64,000 bases of DNA from an uncultured Candidatus Binatia bacterium (GTDB lineage: Bacteria; Desulfobacterota; Binatia; Bin18), in the NCBI GenBank assembly GCA_965200965.1, contig OZ241744.1, forward strand, positions 2,752,001-2,816,000, given 5' to 3'. The translations under genes and the position numbers were made by a program. Under the pieces are notes generated by a model. It ran no database searches. It saw only the letters and a program-made list of their open reading frames with translations, and had not been told where the DNA came from. Position 1 is the stretch's first letter; every line of letters begins with the position of its first letter. This document shows, piece by piece, positions 18,323 to 28,345 of the stretch.

Positions 18323-18996
18323 GCCGGCCTGCGCGTGTAGCCGGGTGGTCTGGCAAATGGGGTACCGTAGGCGTTGCGCCAACTGACCTCTTCCACCGGC
18401 CTGCGGCTGACCGGCCCAAAGCGGCCTCGTGGGTAGCCGATTGGAATCAGCGCATAGGTGGTAATCGTGTCCGGCAACTCAAGGATTCTTTTCATGTCGG
18501 CTTCATACTGGGTCGTCACCGAGGTCAGCGTTGCACCTAAGCCCAGGGCCCGGCAGGCCAGCAGGATATTTTGTACCGCGGGGTAGATACTGCCGCCGAT
18601 AATCCGAATGAAGTGTTCGGCGTTGGGGCCTGTCTTGCGCGCGGTGTGCAGCCGACGCTCGCGTAAACACGCGGCGAGCAGGACCGGGGCTTCGGCCAGG
18701 TGCTCGGCCAGATGGGAGGCGGCGCGGACATTTTTATCGCTCTCGGGCGTCAGTCCGGCCGCTGCATACTGTTTGAGAGCAATCTGCCAGCCGTGTTGAT
18801 ACAGTTCGGCAATCTGCCGTTTGCGGCCCGGGTCAGTCACCACCACAAACCGCCAGGCCTGGACGCCGCCACCGCTCGGGGCCTGGGTGCCGGCTTCGAG
18901 GATGCGGTAGATCAGCGCGTCTGGAACGGGGTCGGGCTTGAGGCGTCTCATGCTGCGACAGGTGTACATGATGTCAAACAACTCGTGTTCGGCCAT
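18319..18996 (-). CDS. Nitroreductase family protein
   Basis: RSMRRLKPDPV, APSGGG.Q.W.FVVV, QNILLA.RALGLG, IPIGYP. Confidence 0.92.
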   Translation of the reverse strand: MAEHELFDIMYTCRSMRRLKPDPVPDALIYRILEAGTQAPSGGGVQAWRFVVVTDPGRKRQIAELYQHGWQIALKQYAAAGLTPESDKNVRAASHLAEHLAEAPVLLAACLRERRLHTARKTGPNAEHFIRIIGGSIYPAVQNILLACRALGLGATLTSVTTQYEADMKRILELPDTITTYALIPIGYPRGRFGPVSRRPVEEVSWRNAYGTPFARPPGYTRRPA

Positions 18997-19011
18997 GCGG
19001 GCTGCTCCTTG

Positions 19012-19725
19012 CTAATGAATCCGGTACGCCACCAGGCGGGTCACGCTTTTTTGCGCCGCGCCTTCGCTGCTGATAGCTTTGACCAAGCCGACTCCCCGGG
19101 CGTACCACTCGGTATGCCGCAGCGCAAACTCCGCGTCTTTTTTGCGCGGGTCTGGTACCGCGCTGATGGTCAGCGTCTCTACCCTGAGACAGTTGCGAAA
19201 GGTCCCGGCCGGCACCGCTATCACGCTCGGATCAATCCAGGCGGTGGCCGACGAGCGGCTCGTCCCGCCGCTGGCCATGATCCAGGTGTCGAGCTTCATG
19301 CGCCAGCGGGTTCGGTGGACAAACGGACTGGGCATGACCTGGTCAAGCCCCTGACCCAGCCGGGTGTCCCAGACGCGGTCGCCCTGAGAGTCCAGCCACG
19401 GATAGCGGTATAAAAACCCGTTCCTGCGAAAATAGGCGACCGTGCTTCTGGCCTCAGGCGCACGCGGAGTGAGCGGTTCGTAGTCTTCGGCCACCACATA
19501 GGACGGCTGGCCGAACAGCGGCCAGTTGTCTTTAATGACGGTCTCCGTCATGGAGTAGTGATAGTCTCCGCCCGAGAACCTGACCTCGTGCGTCCAGGTG
19601 TTGTGCATGGCCAGGGGGAAGAAGTCGGCCGCCCTGAGCCGATCTCTGGTCAGTGGGGAGAAGAGCGTGGCGAGTGAGCAGACAATGCCGACGGCTGTGG
19701 TCACCCCGAGAAGCCCTTTCTCCAT
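19012..19725 (-). CDS. Exported hypothetical protein
   Basis: Signal-like N-terminus; FFPL..W; VPAGTF..C; WYARGVGLVK motif common in beta-rich exported proteins. Confidence 0.65.
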   Translation of the reverse strand: MEKGLLGVTTAVGIVCSLATLFSPLTRDRLRAADFFPLAMHNTWTHEVRFSGGDYHYSMTETVIKDNWPLFGQPSYVVAEDYEPLTPRAPEARSTVAYFRRNGFLYRYPWLDSQGDRVWDTRLGQGLDQVMPSPFVHRTRWRMKLDTWIMASGGTSRSSATAWIDPSVIAVPAGTFRNCLRVETLTISAVPDPRKKDAEFALRHTEWYARGVGLVKAISSEGAAQKSVTRLVAYRIH

Positions 19726-19803
19726 GCCCCCAGCATATACTGTTTGTCCTCCGGTGGCGCAAGCAGTTTCACAAACGGCCGGCTGAGGGGTCTTTCTCTC
19801 TAC

Positions 19804-20376
19804 ATGGCGACACACACCGAGCAGCAGGCCCGGTCTCTCCCTTTTACCGCGTTGGTGCAGCGTCACCAGGGGGCGGTGTATGGCTATCTGCTGCGCTTTA
19901 CCCGGGACCCGCACGACGCCCAAGACCTCTTTCAAGAGACATTCTTCCGCGCCTACCGGGCCTATGCCCGAGCCCCACGGCCGCGGGACGGCTTGGACCA
20001 TCGGGCCTGGGTGATGCGGATCGCCATCAATGTGTCCAGGAACTATGCGCGCGACCGCCAACGCCGGGGCCGGGTGGTGGTGGCCGGGAGCCGTGAGCCG
20101 GCCCAAGACGCCGCCCTGCCGCTCGGAAACGGGGCAGGTATGGAGGAAACCGTGGCCGCCAAGGAGACAACCCGGACCTTACTGGCCGCTATTGAAGCCC
20201 TGCCCTTCCGGCAGCGCGCCGCCCTTGTCCAACGCCAGTTCGAGGGCCTGGACTATCGCACAATCGCCGACAATCTGGCGTGTTCCCAAGACACCGCGCG
20301 GGCGCATGTCTATCAGGCGCTCCGCAAGCTGCGGCTGGCCCTCGCCCCACGGGACGCCAGTACCCGGGAGGACTAG
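19804..20376 (+). CDS. ECF sigma-70 factor
   Basis: DAQDLFQETFFRAY, W.MRIA.N, LP.RQR.A......GLDY..IA..L......R.H.Y.A. Confidence 0.92.
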   Translation: MATHTEQQARSLPFTALVQRHQGAVYGYLLRFTRDPHDAQDLFQETFFRAYRAYARAPRPRDGLDHRAWVMRIAINVSRNYARDRQRRGRVVVAGSREPAQDAALPLGNGAGMEETVAAKETTRTLLAAIEALPFRQRAALVQRQFEGLDYRTIADNLACSQDTARAHVYQALRKLRLALAPRDASTRED

Positions 20377-20379
20377 GCT

Positions 20380-21396
20380 ATGGCAAAAACATGCGGGTTT
20401 TCAGAACGTCGGCTCATTGCTGAGGCCTTCAGCGAGGCCACCGCTGAGCTGAGTCAACAGGTACGCCGGCATGTGGCCGGCTGCTCTCGGTGTAGCGAAC
20501 GGCTGGAACAGTATCGGACGCTGCGCGCCCGCTTCAAGGACTGGCCCGCCCCTGCACAGGAGGCTGAGGGCCTGCGGCACGCCCGGCGGGCGCTTGAGGC
20601 GCGGCTGGGCGAGGTGCAGCGTCCACGTTTGCGCGTCCAGTTGTGGCACTCCCCGGTCGGAGATATTCTGATCGGGGCGACCGACAAAGGGGTGGTTTGT
20701 GTTGAGTTCCAGCGCCCCGATCAGACGCAGCGTTTTCACCAATCGCAAGGAAGACACGACGTGTTATCGTCACCACAGCTCGCGCGCCTCGAGCCTGAAC
20801 TGACGCCTGAGCAGGCTGGGCCGGATACCGCCGCCCTCGTCCAACAGCTCGACGAGTATTTTGCCGGAACACGTCGGACGCTTGACTGGACGCTGGATGA
20901 TCGATTGATGCGCAGCGACTTTCAGCGGCAGGTGCTGCGGGCCACCACAGCTATTCCCTACGGCACGGTTATGAGTTATCAGGGTCTGGCCGATGTCATC
21001 GGACAGCCGGCCGCGGTCCGCGCCGTCGCCCAAGCCCTGCGTCACAACCCGGTTCCTCTCCATATTCCGTGTCATCGGGTGTTGGGCAGCGATGGGCGCT
21101 TGACCGGCTATGCCGGCAACCTGGTTGATATCAAACGCGATATCCTTGAGACGGAGGGGGTTCCGGTCAGACACACCAGGCGGGGCCTGGCCATTGCCAC
21201 CGCCCTGCTGTATGTGGGCTGGCGTTCCCGCTCCCGCCTGTGTCGGCCTGACTGTTCCAGCCTGCAAGGGCAAACCGCCGGCGAGCGGGTGTGGATTCCC
21301 TCTCAGGCTCGCGCCCGAGAACTCGGCTACCAGCCCTGCTCCCGGTGTCATCCCGAGCTGCGCCCCCTGGACGAGGAGCGGGCCGGCCTTATCTGA
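20380..21396 (+). CDS. Fusion: zf-HC2 anti-sigma domain + O6-alkylguanine-DNA alkyltransferase + Ada-type Zn domain
   Basis: HVAGCSRC; IPYG..SY, AVRAV, PCHRV; CRPDC...GYQPCSRCHP. Confidence 0.85.
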   Translation: MAKTCGFSERRLIAEAFSEATAELSQQVRRHVAGCSRCSERLEQYRTLRARFKDWPAPAQEAEGLRHARRALEARLGEVQRPRLRVQLWHSPVGDILIGATDKGVVCVEFQRPDQTQRFHQSQGRHDVLSSPQLARLEPELTPEQAGPDTAALVQQLDEYFAGTRRTLDWTLDDRLMRSDFQRQVLRATTAIPYGTVMSYQGLADVIGQPAAVRAVAQALRHNPVPLHIPCHRVLGSDGRLTGYAGNLVDIKRDILETEGVPVRHTRRGLAIATALLYVGWRSRSRLCRPDCSSLQGQTAGERVWIPSQARARELGYQPCSRCHPELRPLDEERAGLI

Positions 21397-21399
21397 GTC

Positions 21400-21864
21400 A
21401 TGGAGACAGCAGCAGACCTGAGGCGCGCCGGTCTTCCGGCCTTTTCTGCTGCGGTCTACCGTCTGGTCGCCCGCGTTCCCAAGGGCAAGGTCGTGACCTA
21501 TGGGCAGGTGGCGGCTCTGCTGGGGGTGCCGCGCGCGCCTCGGGCGGTCGGGACCGCCCTGCGCCGTCTGCCCCCTCCGCTGTCCCGCACCGTTCCCTGG
21601 CAACGGGTCATCAGCGCCTCGGGCGGCATCAGCATTCGCGGCGACCTGATTCGGGCCGAACAGCAACGGTGGCTGCTTGAAGACGAGGGCATTGAGTTTG
21701 GTCGCCACGGCAAGGTTGATCTTGACACATATCGCTGGTCCGGTCCCAAGCGGTGGACCCCGCCCAAGTGGAAGACCCCGCTCTCTCGGGGCTCAGGCGC
21801 AGGGTCCCGACGGATTGGCGGGATTCCATACACCGATGCGCCCCGGCAGGGGGGCGTGCCTTGA
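21400..21864 (+). CDS. Alkyltransferase-like (ATL) protein
   Basis: VPKGKVVTYGQVA, PRAVG, PWQRV (Trp in place of catalytic Cys). Confidence 0.88.
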   Translation: METAADLRRAGLPAFSAAVYRLVARVPKGKVVTYGQVAALLGVPRAPRAVGTALRRLPPPLSRTVPWQRVISASGGISIRGDLIRAEQQRWLLEDEGIEFGRHGKVDLDTYRWSGPKRWTPPKWKTPLSRGSGAGSRRIGGIPYTDAPRQGGVP

Positions 21865-21928
21865 CTGTGCCCCGCCGGGTAGGGGAAAACATCAGAGCAG
21901 CGTTGCATATTCTGGTAAGGAGGAACTC

Positions 21929-23587
21929 ATGGCCAGCATCCGCGGGGAACAGATCATTGGGCAGGCGTTTAAGAACGAAGGCGTTGAGACGATTTTCTTC
22001 ATGATGGGCGGCCCTACCTCAGGAACGGCCGCCTCGTGCCTCGCCCACGGTATGGAGGGCATTTATGTCCGCCATGAACAAGCCGCGGCCATGATGGCCC
22101 ACGCCTATGCCCGCGTTACCGGGAAACCCGGCATCTGCATTACCCCGTCGGGACCGGGCACGGCCAATGCCGTCACCGGCCTGGCCAACGCCTGGGCCGA
22201 CTCCGCGCCGATTGTGGCGATTGGAGGCGCTGCGCCGATGCGGGCCACTACCTTGGATGCGTTCCAGGAGATGGACCAGGTGGCGATGATGAAACCGGTG
22301 GTCAAAGCCGCCTACCGGGTTGATATGGTCCAGCGGATTCCTGAGTATGTCAGCATCGCCTTTCGGGAGGCGATGGACGGCAAAAAGGGGCCGGTCTATC
22401 TGGACCTGCCCGGTGACATCCTGGCCGGCAAGGTGGAAGAGGACAGCCTGTACTGGCCGCGCCAGTATCGGGTTGAGAGCCGGCCGGCCGGAGACCCGGC
22501 ACTGATCCGGCGGGCGGTTGCGCTGCTCCGTCAGGCCGCCAGGCCGATCATTGTCACCGGCAGCGGTGTGCTGTGGGCCGACGCCAGCCGGGAGTTGCGG
22601 CAGTTTGTCGAGACCACCGGCATTCCGTTCTACACCACCCCGCAGGGGCGGGGTGTGGTCCCCGAAGATCACCCCCGGGCGTTTCCGGCCGCGCGCTCTC
22701 TGGCGTTTCGGGAAGCCGACCTGGTGCTCGTCATCGGGGCCCGTGCCAACTCCATGCTGTCTTTTCTGCGGCCGCCGCGTTTTTCCCCCGAGGCCAAGTT
22801 CATTAACATCAATCTCGACGGCCGCTCTATCGGCCATAACCGGGGGGTGGAGGTCGGGATTCCTGGCGATGCCAAGCTGGTACTCCAGCAGCTGACCGAA
22901 GAGGCGAGCGGAAAATTCGACGGGGCGCAGGAGACGGCCTGGGTCGCCCAGCTCGCGGCCAAGCAACGCTCCAACGAGGAACGCTCCGCCCCGCTGCTGC
23001 ACTCTGAAGCCGTGCCGGTGCATCCTTTGCGCCTGTGTCGGGAACTGCGTGAAGTCATCAGCCGCGACACAATTCTGGTGGTGGACGGACACGAAATCCT
23101 CAACTTTGCCCGCCAGTCAATTCCCATTTATGACATCGGGACCAGCCTGAACGCCGGCCCCCACGGCTGCATGGGCGTAGGTGTCCCGTTCGGCATTGGG
23201 GCCAAGGCGGCCCGACCGGACAAGCCGGTCCTGGTGTTGTCCGGGGATGGGGCGTTTGGCTGGAACGGCATGGAAATGGACTCGGCGATTCGCCATAACT
23301 TGCCGATTGTGGTCGTGGTGTCCAACAATGCCGGGTTCACCTCGCGCCAGACCGGCCGGGCCACCGCCAGCAACCTGGGCATGGGCAATGTCGGGCGTGA
23401 ACTCGGCCACCAGCGCTATGACAAAGTTGTTGAGGCGCTGGGCGGCTACGGCGAGTTTGTCGAGAACCCGGCCGATATCCGGGCCGCCCTTGAACGCGCC
23501 ATAGCGAGCGGTAAGCCGGCCCTGGTCAATGTGTGTACCGACCCGGAAGCGCAGGCCACCACCGATATGGGATTCGGCGGCTACTGA
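21929..23587 (+). CDS. TPP-dependent enzyme (oxalyl-CoA decarboxylase / 2-hydroxyacyl-CoA lyase / ALS-like)
   Basis: RHEQAA, SGPG, GCMGVGVPF, GDGAFG...NN. Confidence 0.9.
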   Translation: MASIRGEQIIGQAFKNEGVETIFFMMGGPTSGTAASCLAHGMEGIYVRHEQAAAMMAHAYARVTGKPGICITPSGPGTANAVTGLANAWADSAPIVAIGGAAPMRATTLDAFQEMDQVAMMKPVVKAAYRVDMVQRIPEYVSIAFREAMDGKKGPVYLDLPGDILAGKVEEDSLYWPRQYRVESRPAGDPALIRRAVALLRQAARPIIVTGSGVLWADASRELRQFVETTGIPFYTTPQGRGVVPEDHPRAFPAARSLAFREADLVLVIGARANSMLSFLRPPRFSPEAKFININLDGRSIGHNRGVEVGIPGDAKLVLQQLTEEASGKFDGAQETAWVAQLAAKQRSNEERSAPLLHSEAVPVHPLRLCRELREVISRDTILVVDGHEILNFARQSIPIYDIGTSLNAGPHGCMGVGVPFGIGAKAARPDKPVLVLSGDGAFGWNGMEMDSAIRHNLPIVVVVSNNAGFTSRQTGRATASNLGMGNVGRELGHQRYDKVVEALGGYGEFVENPADIRAALERAIASGKPALVNVCTDPEAQATTDMGFGGY

Positions 23588-23639
23588 GATCCGTGCGGCC
23601 GGACGTTCCGAAGCCGGACATTCCGAAGAGGAGAGCGGT

Positions 23640-23888
23640 TTGCACAAGCCAGCTATTCAGTATCCGTGCCAGTGGCATTACAAAATCATCGGGGTCGACC
23701 GACAGCGCATCATGGACACCATCCCGACCCTTTTTGCGCAGCGTGACTATCGCTTGAGCGAGTCAAACCGCAGCAAAACCGGCAAATACACCTCGTTTCA
23801 TTTCTCACTCCACGTCCACAGCGAAGAGGAGCGCAATGTGATATGCACCGCCCTCAAGAGCATCCCGACGGTCAAAATCGTCTTCCAG
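23640..23888 (+). CDS. DUF493/YbeD-like protein; expected stop appears replaced by CAG so the frame runs to 24215
   Basis: IQYPCQW.YKIIG...SKTGKYTS......VKIVF. Confidence 0.7.
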
Positions 23889-23895
23889 GAAGGGT

Positions 23896-25017
23896 TCAGG
23901 GCGGTGCTATGCGCAGCGAACGAAGCGCCACGGTTTGCCGCTCGGGTCCGGCCGGCGGAAAATCCGGCCCGACCCGAAACCGCACCTCGTTCTTGCCGGC
24001 CACGACCCAATCAGGCTTCAGCCATAGCTCATACTCCCGCCAGCCCCGGTACAGCAACTGGCGGCCGACCACATGGCCGTTTATCAGGACGGTCAGCGGA
24101 TAACATGTTTCGGTCCGGGTATGGACAAAGGGGCGGGCGGCAAAGCGCAGCAGGTAGATGTCGGGCCGCGGCAGGGAGAACGTCAGCCCGGCCTCGCCCC
24201 GTTTCATCCAGATAATCGGCCCGGCCGGCTCCCGGTCGCGTGCCCCCCAGGCACCGGCAAAGCTGAGGTGCTGGGTCGGTCTGCCAAAAGAGATGTGGAC
24301 CAGGGCGGCGTTCTCGACCGCCCGCGCCGAGGGCAGGGTCAGGCGGGTGTGGGGAAAGAGCAGGAAGGTCGAATAGCACACCAGCAGACCGAGACCCCAG
24401 ACCAGGCCGGACCGGGACACAGGCAGACGGGCCGGACGAGAGAGGCCGAAGCTGAGCCAGGCGGCACTCAGCAACACCGTACACGACACGTCGAGCAGCC
24501 AGTGATGGCCGAGGTAGACGCGCTGCCAGATGATCAGGGCCGACAGGGCGGCGCACAGCCCGGTGCCGCTGTGGCGCAGCCAGGCGTTCCAGCCGGAGCG
24601 CTGGCCGAGAAAAATGAATACGCCGCTGATCAACAGAGCGGTGCTGATATGGCCGCTGGGAAAGCTGTTACCGACCAGGCTCGGGGTCAGGACGCTGGGT
24701 CGGGCACGCTCCAGGCCGGTTTTAAGCAGCTCGCATAAAAACACGCCCCCGCCAGTCACCCACCCGGCCCGCCACGCCTCGGCCCACTGACGACGGACGG
24801 CCAAGGCCACAAGGGGCAGGCTGCCAAGGAGGAGAAGACCCACGAGCGGCGCTTGTTTGAGAAAGGTCGCCAGAGAATCGGCCCGGCACGAGCGCAGGGT
24901 CTGCACCCACCGGTAGGTCGCGGTATCCAGGCCGATCAGCCACGGCAGCCCCACGAGTTCGCACACGGCGAGCCCCAGGCAGATGAGCGAGAAGCGGGTC
25001 GCAGAGTGAGGTGTCAC
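23896..25017 (-). CDS. PAP2 family membrane phosphatase
   Basis: K......RP, SFPSGH, RVYLGHHW..DV. Confidence 0.85.
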   Translation of the reverse strand: MTPHSATRFSLICLGLAVCELVGLPWLIGLDTATYRWVQTLRSCRADSLATFLKQAPLVGLLLLGSLPLVALAVRRQWAEAWRAGWVTGGGVFLCELLKTGLERARPSVLTPSLVGNSFPSGHISTALLISGVFIFLGQRSGWNAWLRHSGTGLCAALSALIIWQRVYLGHHWLLDVSCTVLLSAAWLSFGLSRPARLPVSRSGLVWGLGLLVCYSTFLLFPHTRLTLPSARAVENAALVHISFGRPTQHLSFAGAWGARDREPAGPIIWMKRGEAGLTFSLPRPDIYLLRFAARPFVHTRTETCYPLTVLINGHVVGRQLLYRGWREYELWLKPDWVVAGKNEVRFRVGPDFPPAGPERQTVALRSLRIAPP

Positions 25018-25337
25018 CGGTCCGAAAAAGAGATCGGTGATCCAGGGCCTCGGCCCGTGCCCATTCCAGAGTATGACGTGGCCATTGCTTTGAGGAAGGC
25101 GGTATCGCTGACCCCGGCCGTCTCGTGGCGCATCTGCTCCGGCACGGCGCGTTCTGCTTTGAGCAGGAGGAGTGCTTCAAGTTGAGACATCATCACCGAC
25201 AGCTTTCTTACCACCACCGCCCGGCCCAAAGCAAGCTGCGGCGGGCTTGTGCCGGGTGCGCTCAGGTCAAGCAGGACAACCGCTGGCTGGCGTGCTAGTA
25301 TACCAGGCAGCGGTTTTTGGAAGGAGGGAAGTCTCTG

Positions 25338-26939
25338 ATGGGAGTTTCTGCCGCGGCCAGGCCCGCGCACCCGAAGACCAGGGCTGATACGCTGACCGTC
25401 ATCGTCTGGGCGCTGTTTCTCGGGGTCCTTTTCCTCTATGCGGTTGATAGCTTTGTGAAGACGCCCAACCGAGATTCGGGCGCTTTCCTGTACGTTGCCA
25501 AGGGCATACTGGAAGGGGAGACGCCGTATATCGACCGGTGGAGTCACAAGGGTCCGCTGCTCTACCTCATAAACGCTGCCGGGTTGCTTCTCTCCGAGGT
25601 GTGGGGGATCTGGCTGGTCCAACTCGGATTTCTGGTCGGGACCTGCCTGGCTGCCGGCAAACTGCTCAGAGCCTCATTCGGGACGCTTGCCACGCTCTTC
25701 TCGCTCACGATTCTGCTGGTCTATTTCGTCAAGTTTATACAGGGGGGCAACCTGACTGAACAGTACGCACTGGTGTTTCAGTTCCTGGCCTTGGGGCTGT
25801 TCGTCCGGGTGGAACAGCACGGCGAGCACTCGTCCTCCGCCTGGGTTCTGCTGACGCTGGGCGCACTCGGCGGCTTGGCGTTTCTGCTCCGTCCCAACCT
25901 GATAGGGATATGGGTCGGGATGGGCCTGTATTGGCTGGTGGAGAGGGACGACACGCTGCGCAAATGCGGCTGGGCCGCGGCTGGCGGGGGGGGGGTGCTG
26001 GCGGTTTTCGTTGCCTGGTTCGTGCTCGCCGGCGGGCTGTACGCCTTCTGGGATGCGGTTATCGTGTACAATGTGTACCATAGCGACGCTCCGCTTGGGA
26101 TCAAATACCGTGCTGCTCTCAAGACGCTTGAGCAGTTCTCTCCGTTGACATGGGTTGTGCTGCTCAGCTGGTCAATTGGCCTGTGGCAGATGGTGTCGGG
26201 GGAGTCGGTGAGCCGCGGCTTCGGGCCTCTTGGACGGCTGGCCGTTGTTCTGCTGCCGCTTGAGATCGTGTTCGCCAACCTGTCGGGTCGTTCCTCCTTG
26301 CGGTACGACCTCGCCTTGCTGCCAGTGGTCTGTCTGCTCTCGGCGCGTGCGGTCAGCCTGCTCCTTGACGAGCTCGGGGCACGGCTGCCCTGGATTCCGG
26401 TTGCGCTGTGTGTTGTCACGGGGGTCATATATGCGTCCGACAGGGGAGGAGATCTGATCCCTGACGATGTGGGGAAATATGGAAATTTGCGGGAATACAT
26501 AGAGCGCGAGACCCCTGTGATCCAGTATATCAGGGAACATACAACGGCGGGGGATACCATCCTGGTCTGGGGTGCGCGAGGCTGGTACTATGTCGGCTCC
26601 GGCCGGGATGCGCCCACGCGGTTCTTCTTCGGCTACCCGCTCGTTATGCAGGGCTACGCCAGCCCGGAACTGATCGCCGAGTTTACCGCCGATGTGATCG
26701 CGTCTCCTCCCGTGCTGATCGTTGAGACGCATAATGGTCGCCTGCCTCCCTTGCGCCTGACAGACGCGGAACGCAGGCAGTGGCGGCCACGGCATCCGCG
26801 CTACACCTACTATGCCCCCGATCAATTCCGGCCTTTCTTCGAGTTCGTGGAGGCCAGGTATATGCCGCCAAAGACGATGGGGAAATACGATATCTACCAC
26901 CTGCGTGGCCCCGCCTTGGATCGCGAGGAAGAGCGCTGA
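25338..26939 (+). CDS. GT-C fold (ArnT/PMT-like) glycosyltransferase
   Basis: RDSG.F.Y.A..IL.G..PY.D.W.HKGPL; many TMs. Confidence 0.8.
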   Translation: MGVSAAARPAHPKTRADTLTVIVWALFLGVLFLYAVDSFVKTPNRDSGAFLYVAKGILEGETPYIDRWSHKGPLLYLINAAGLLLSEVWGIWLVQLGFLVGTCLAAGKLLRASFGTLATLFSLTILLVYFVKFIQGGNLTEQYALVFQFLALGLFVRVEQHGEHSSSAWVLLTLGALGGLAFLLRPNLIGIWVGMGLYWLVERDDTLRKCGWAAAGGGGVLAVFVAWFVLAGGLYAFWDAVIVYNVYHSDAPLGIKYRAALKTLEQFSPLTWVVLLSWSIGLWQMVSGESVSRGFGPLGRLAVVLLPLEIVFANLSGRSSLRYDLALLPVVCLLSARAVSLLLDELGARLPWIPVALCVVTGVIYASDRGGDLIPDDVGKYGNLREYIERETPVIQYIREHTTAGDTILVWGARGWYYVGSGRDAPTRFFFGYPLVMQGYASPELIAEFTADVIASPPVLIVETHNGRLPPLRLTDAERRQWRPRHPRYTYYAPDQFRPFFEFVEARYMPPKTMGKYDIYHLRGPALDREEER

Positions 26940-26972
26940 CTCGCCTGTGAAGCCTGGCCCGGCCCGTGCGGC

Positions 26973-28310
26973 TCAGCCTGGCCGCGGCCCGAGCAGGGCG
27001 ATTTTGATATCCATGACATTGGTCCCGGTCGGGCCGGGCTGGAACAGGTCGCCGAGCGCGGCAAAGAACGGATAGGTGTCGTTGTTGTGCAGGGCCGCGG
27101 CGGGATCAAGTCCCTTGGCGTGCGCCCGGCTGACGCTCTCCCCATCAACATAGGCACCCGCGGCGTCGGTCGGGCCGTCTCTGCCGTCCGTTCCGGCACT
27201 GAGGAGCGTCCAGCCCGCTTCGCCCTGGAGTTGCCCGGCAACGACGAGGGCAAACTCCTGATTGCGCCCGCCCCGGCCCGTGCCGGTCAACCGGACGGTG
27301 GTTTCTCCGCCGGCCAGCAGACACACGGGGCTTTGGTCTTGTGCCAGCTGTGCCCGGACCTGCCGGGCAAAAGCGCCGGCCGCCCGGGTGGTATCGCCAG
27401 CCAGGGGTTCGGGCAGAAGGTGTGCGCGAAACCCCCGCTGCCGGGCGGCTGAGGCTGCCGCTTCAAGTGCCAGCCGGTTGGAGCCGAGCAGATAATTGTG
27501 GACCCGGGCAAAAATCGGGTCGTGCGGTTTGGGCGTCTCTTCCACGCCCCCCCGCATCCCGGCAGACAGATGCCGCTTGACCGCTGCCGGGCTGGTCGCC
27601 AACAGCTCATAGCGTTCCAGGATGCGCCACGCCGCGCCGAAGGTTGTGGGGTCGGCAACGGTCGGCCCTGAGCCGATTGTACTCAGGTCATCGCCAATCA
27701 CATCCGACAGAATAAAACTGAGCACCGTCGCCGGAGCCGCCCGGCGGGCCAACTGCCCGCCTTTGATCTGGGACAGGTGTTTGCGGACCGTGTTGATCTC
27801 CTGAATGTCTGCCCCACAGGCCAGGAGCAGGCGGTTCATCGTCAGCTTGTCTTTGAGCGACACACCCGGAACCGGCTTGGCGAGCAGACTCGAGGCTCCG
27901 CCGGTGAGGCAAACACAGATCAGCTCGGACGGGCCGCGCTCGGCCAGGAGGGCCGTCAGGTAGTGTCCACCGCGCAGACTGCCCGGGCCCGGCAGGGGAT
28001 GCTCTGCGGCGATAAGGCGCACGCGGTCAAGACTGAGAACGGCGTTCTGAGGCACCACGACGCCGCCGCCAATCAGGTGTTCGCCGAGCAGCGGGAGGAG
28101 GGCCTCGACCATGCGACCGGCACCTTTGCCCGCGCCAATGACAAGGGCGTTGTGGTCAAGGGGGAAGCGAGCCGTATCGGCCCCGACCCGGATGCTGAGT
28201 TGGCCCGGCTGCCTGCTGAGCGTCCGGTGAATAAGCCGGGCCGGATCAACGGCCGCGACCGCGGCAGCAAAAAGGGCATCCAGCGAGGCCCGCGTGAGGG
28301 AGGGGGACAT
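26973..28310 (-). CDS. Glycerate 2-kinase (GckA/TtuD, MOFRL domain)
   Basis: GAGK, TGGASSL, RKHLSQIKGG, GGETTV, GGRNQE, GTDGRDG, TGTNVMD. Confidence 0.93.
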   Translation of the reverse strand: MSPSLTRASLDALFAAAVAAVDPARLIHRTLSRQPGQLSIRVGADTARFPLDHNALVIGAGKGAGRMVEALLPLLGEHLIGGGVVVPQNAVLSLDRVRLIAAEHPLPGPGSLRGGHYLTALLAERGPSELICVCLTGGASSLLAKPVPGVSLKDKLTMNRLLLACGADIQEINTVRKHLSQIKGGQLARRAAPATVLSFILSDVIGDDLSTIGSGPTVADPTTFGAAWRILERYELLATSPAAVKRHLSAGMRGGVEETPKPHDPIFARVHNYLLGSNRLALEAAASAARQRGFRAHLLPEPLAGDTTRAAGAFARQVRAQLAQDQSPVCLLAGGETTVRLTGTGRGGRNQEFALVVAGQLQGEAGWTLLSAGTDGRDGPTDAAGAYVDGESVSRAHAKGLDPAAALHNNDTYPFFAALGDLFQPGPTGTNVMDIKIALLGPRPG

Positions 28311-28345
28311 CAGGGGGAGGGGGAGAGGAGGAGGGGAAGATGCGC

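Noticed and set aside
19012-20106. 364-aa version of the exported protein
   Set aside because: The 5' extension is antisense to the ECF sigma gene; the start at 19725 is more plausible.
25014-25622. 202-aa minus-strand ORF between PAP2 and the glycosyltransferase
   Set aside because: Half overlaps the glycosyltransferase antisense and has no recognisable motif; a small remnant cannot be excluded.
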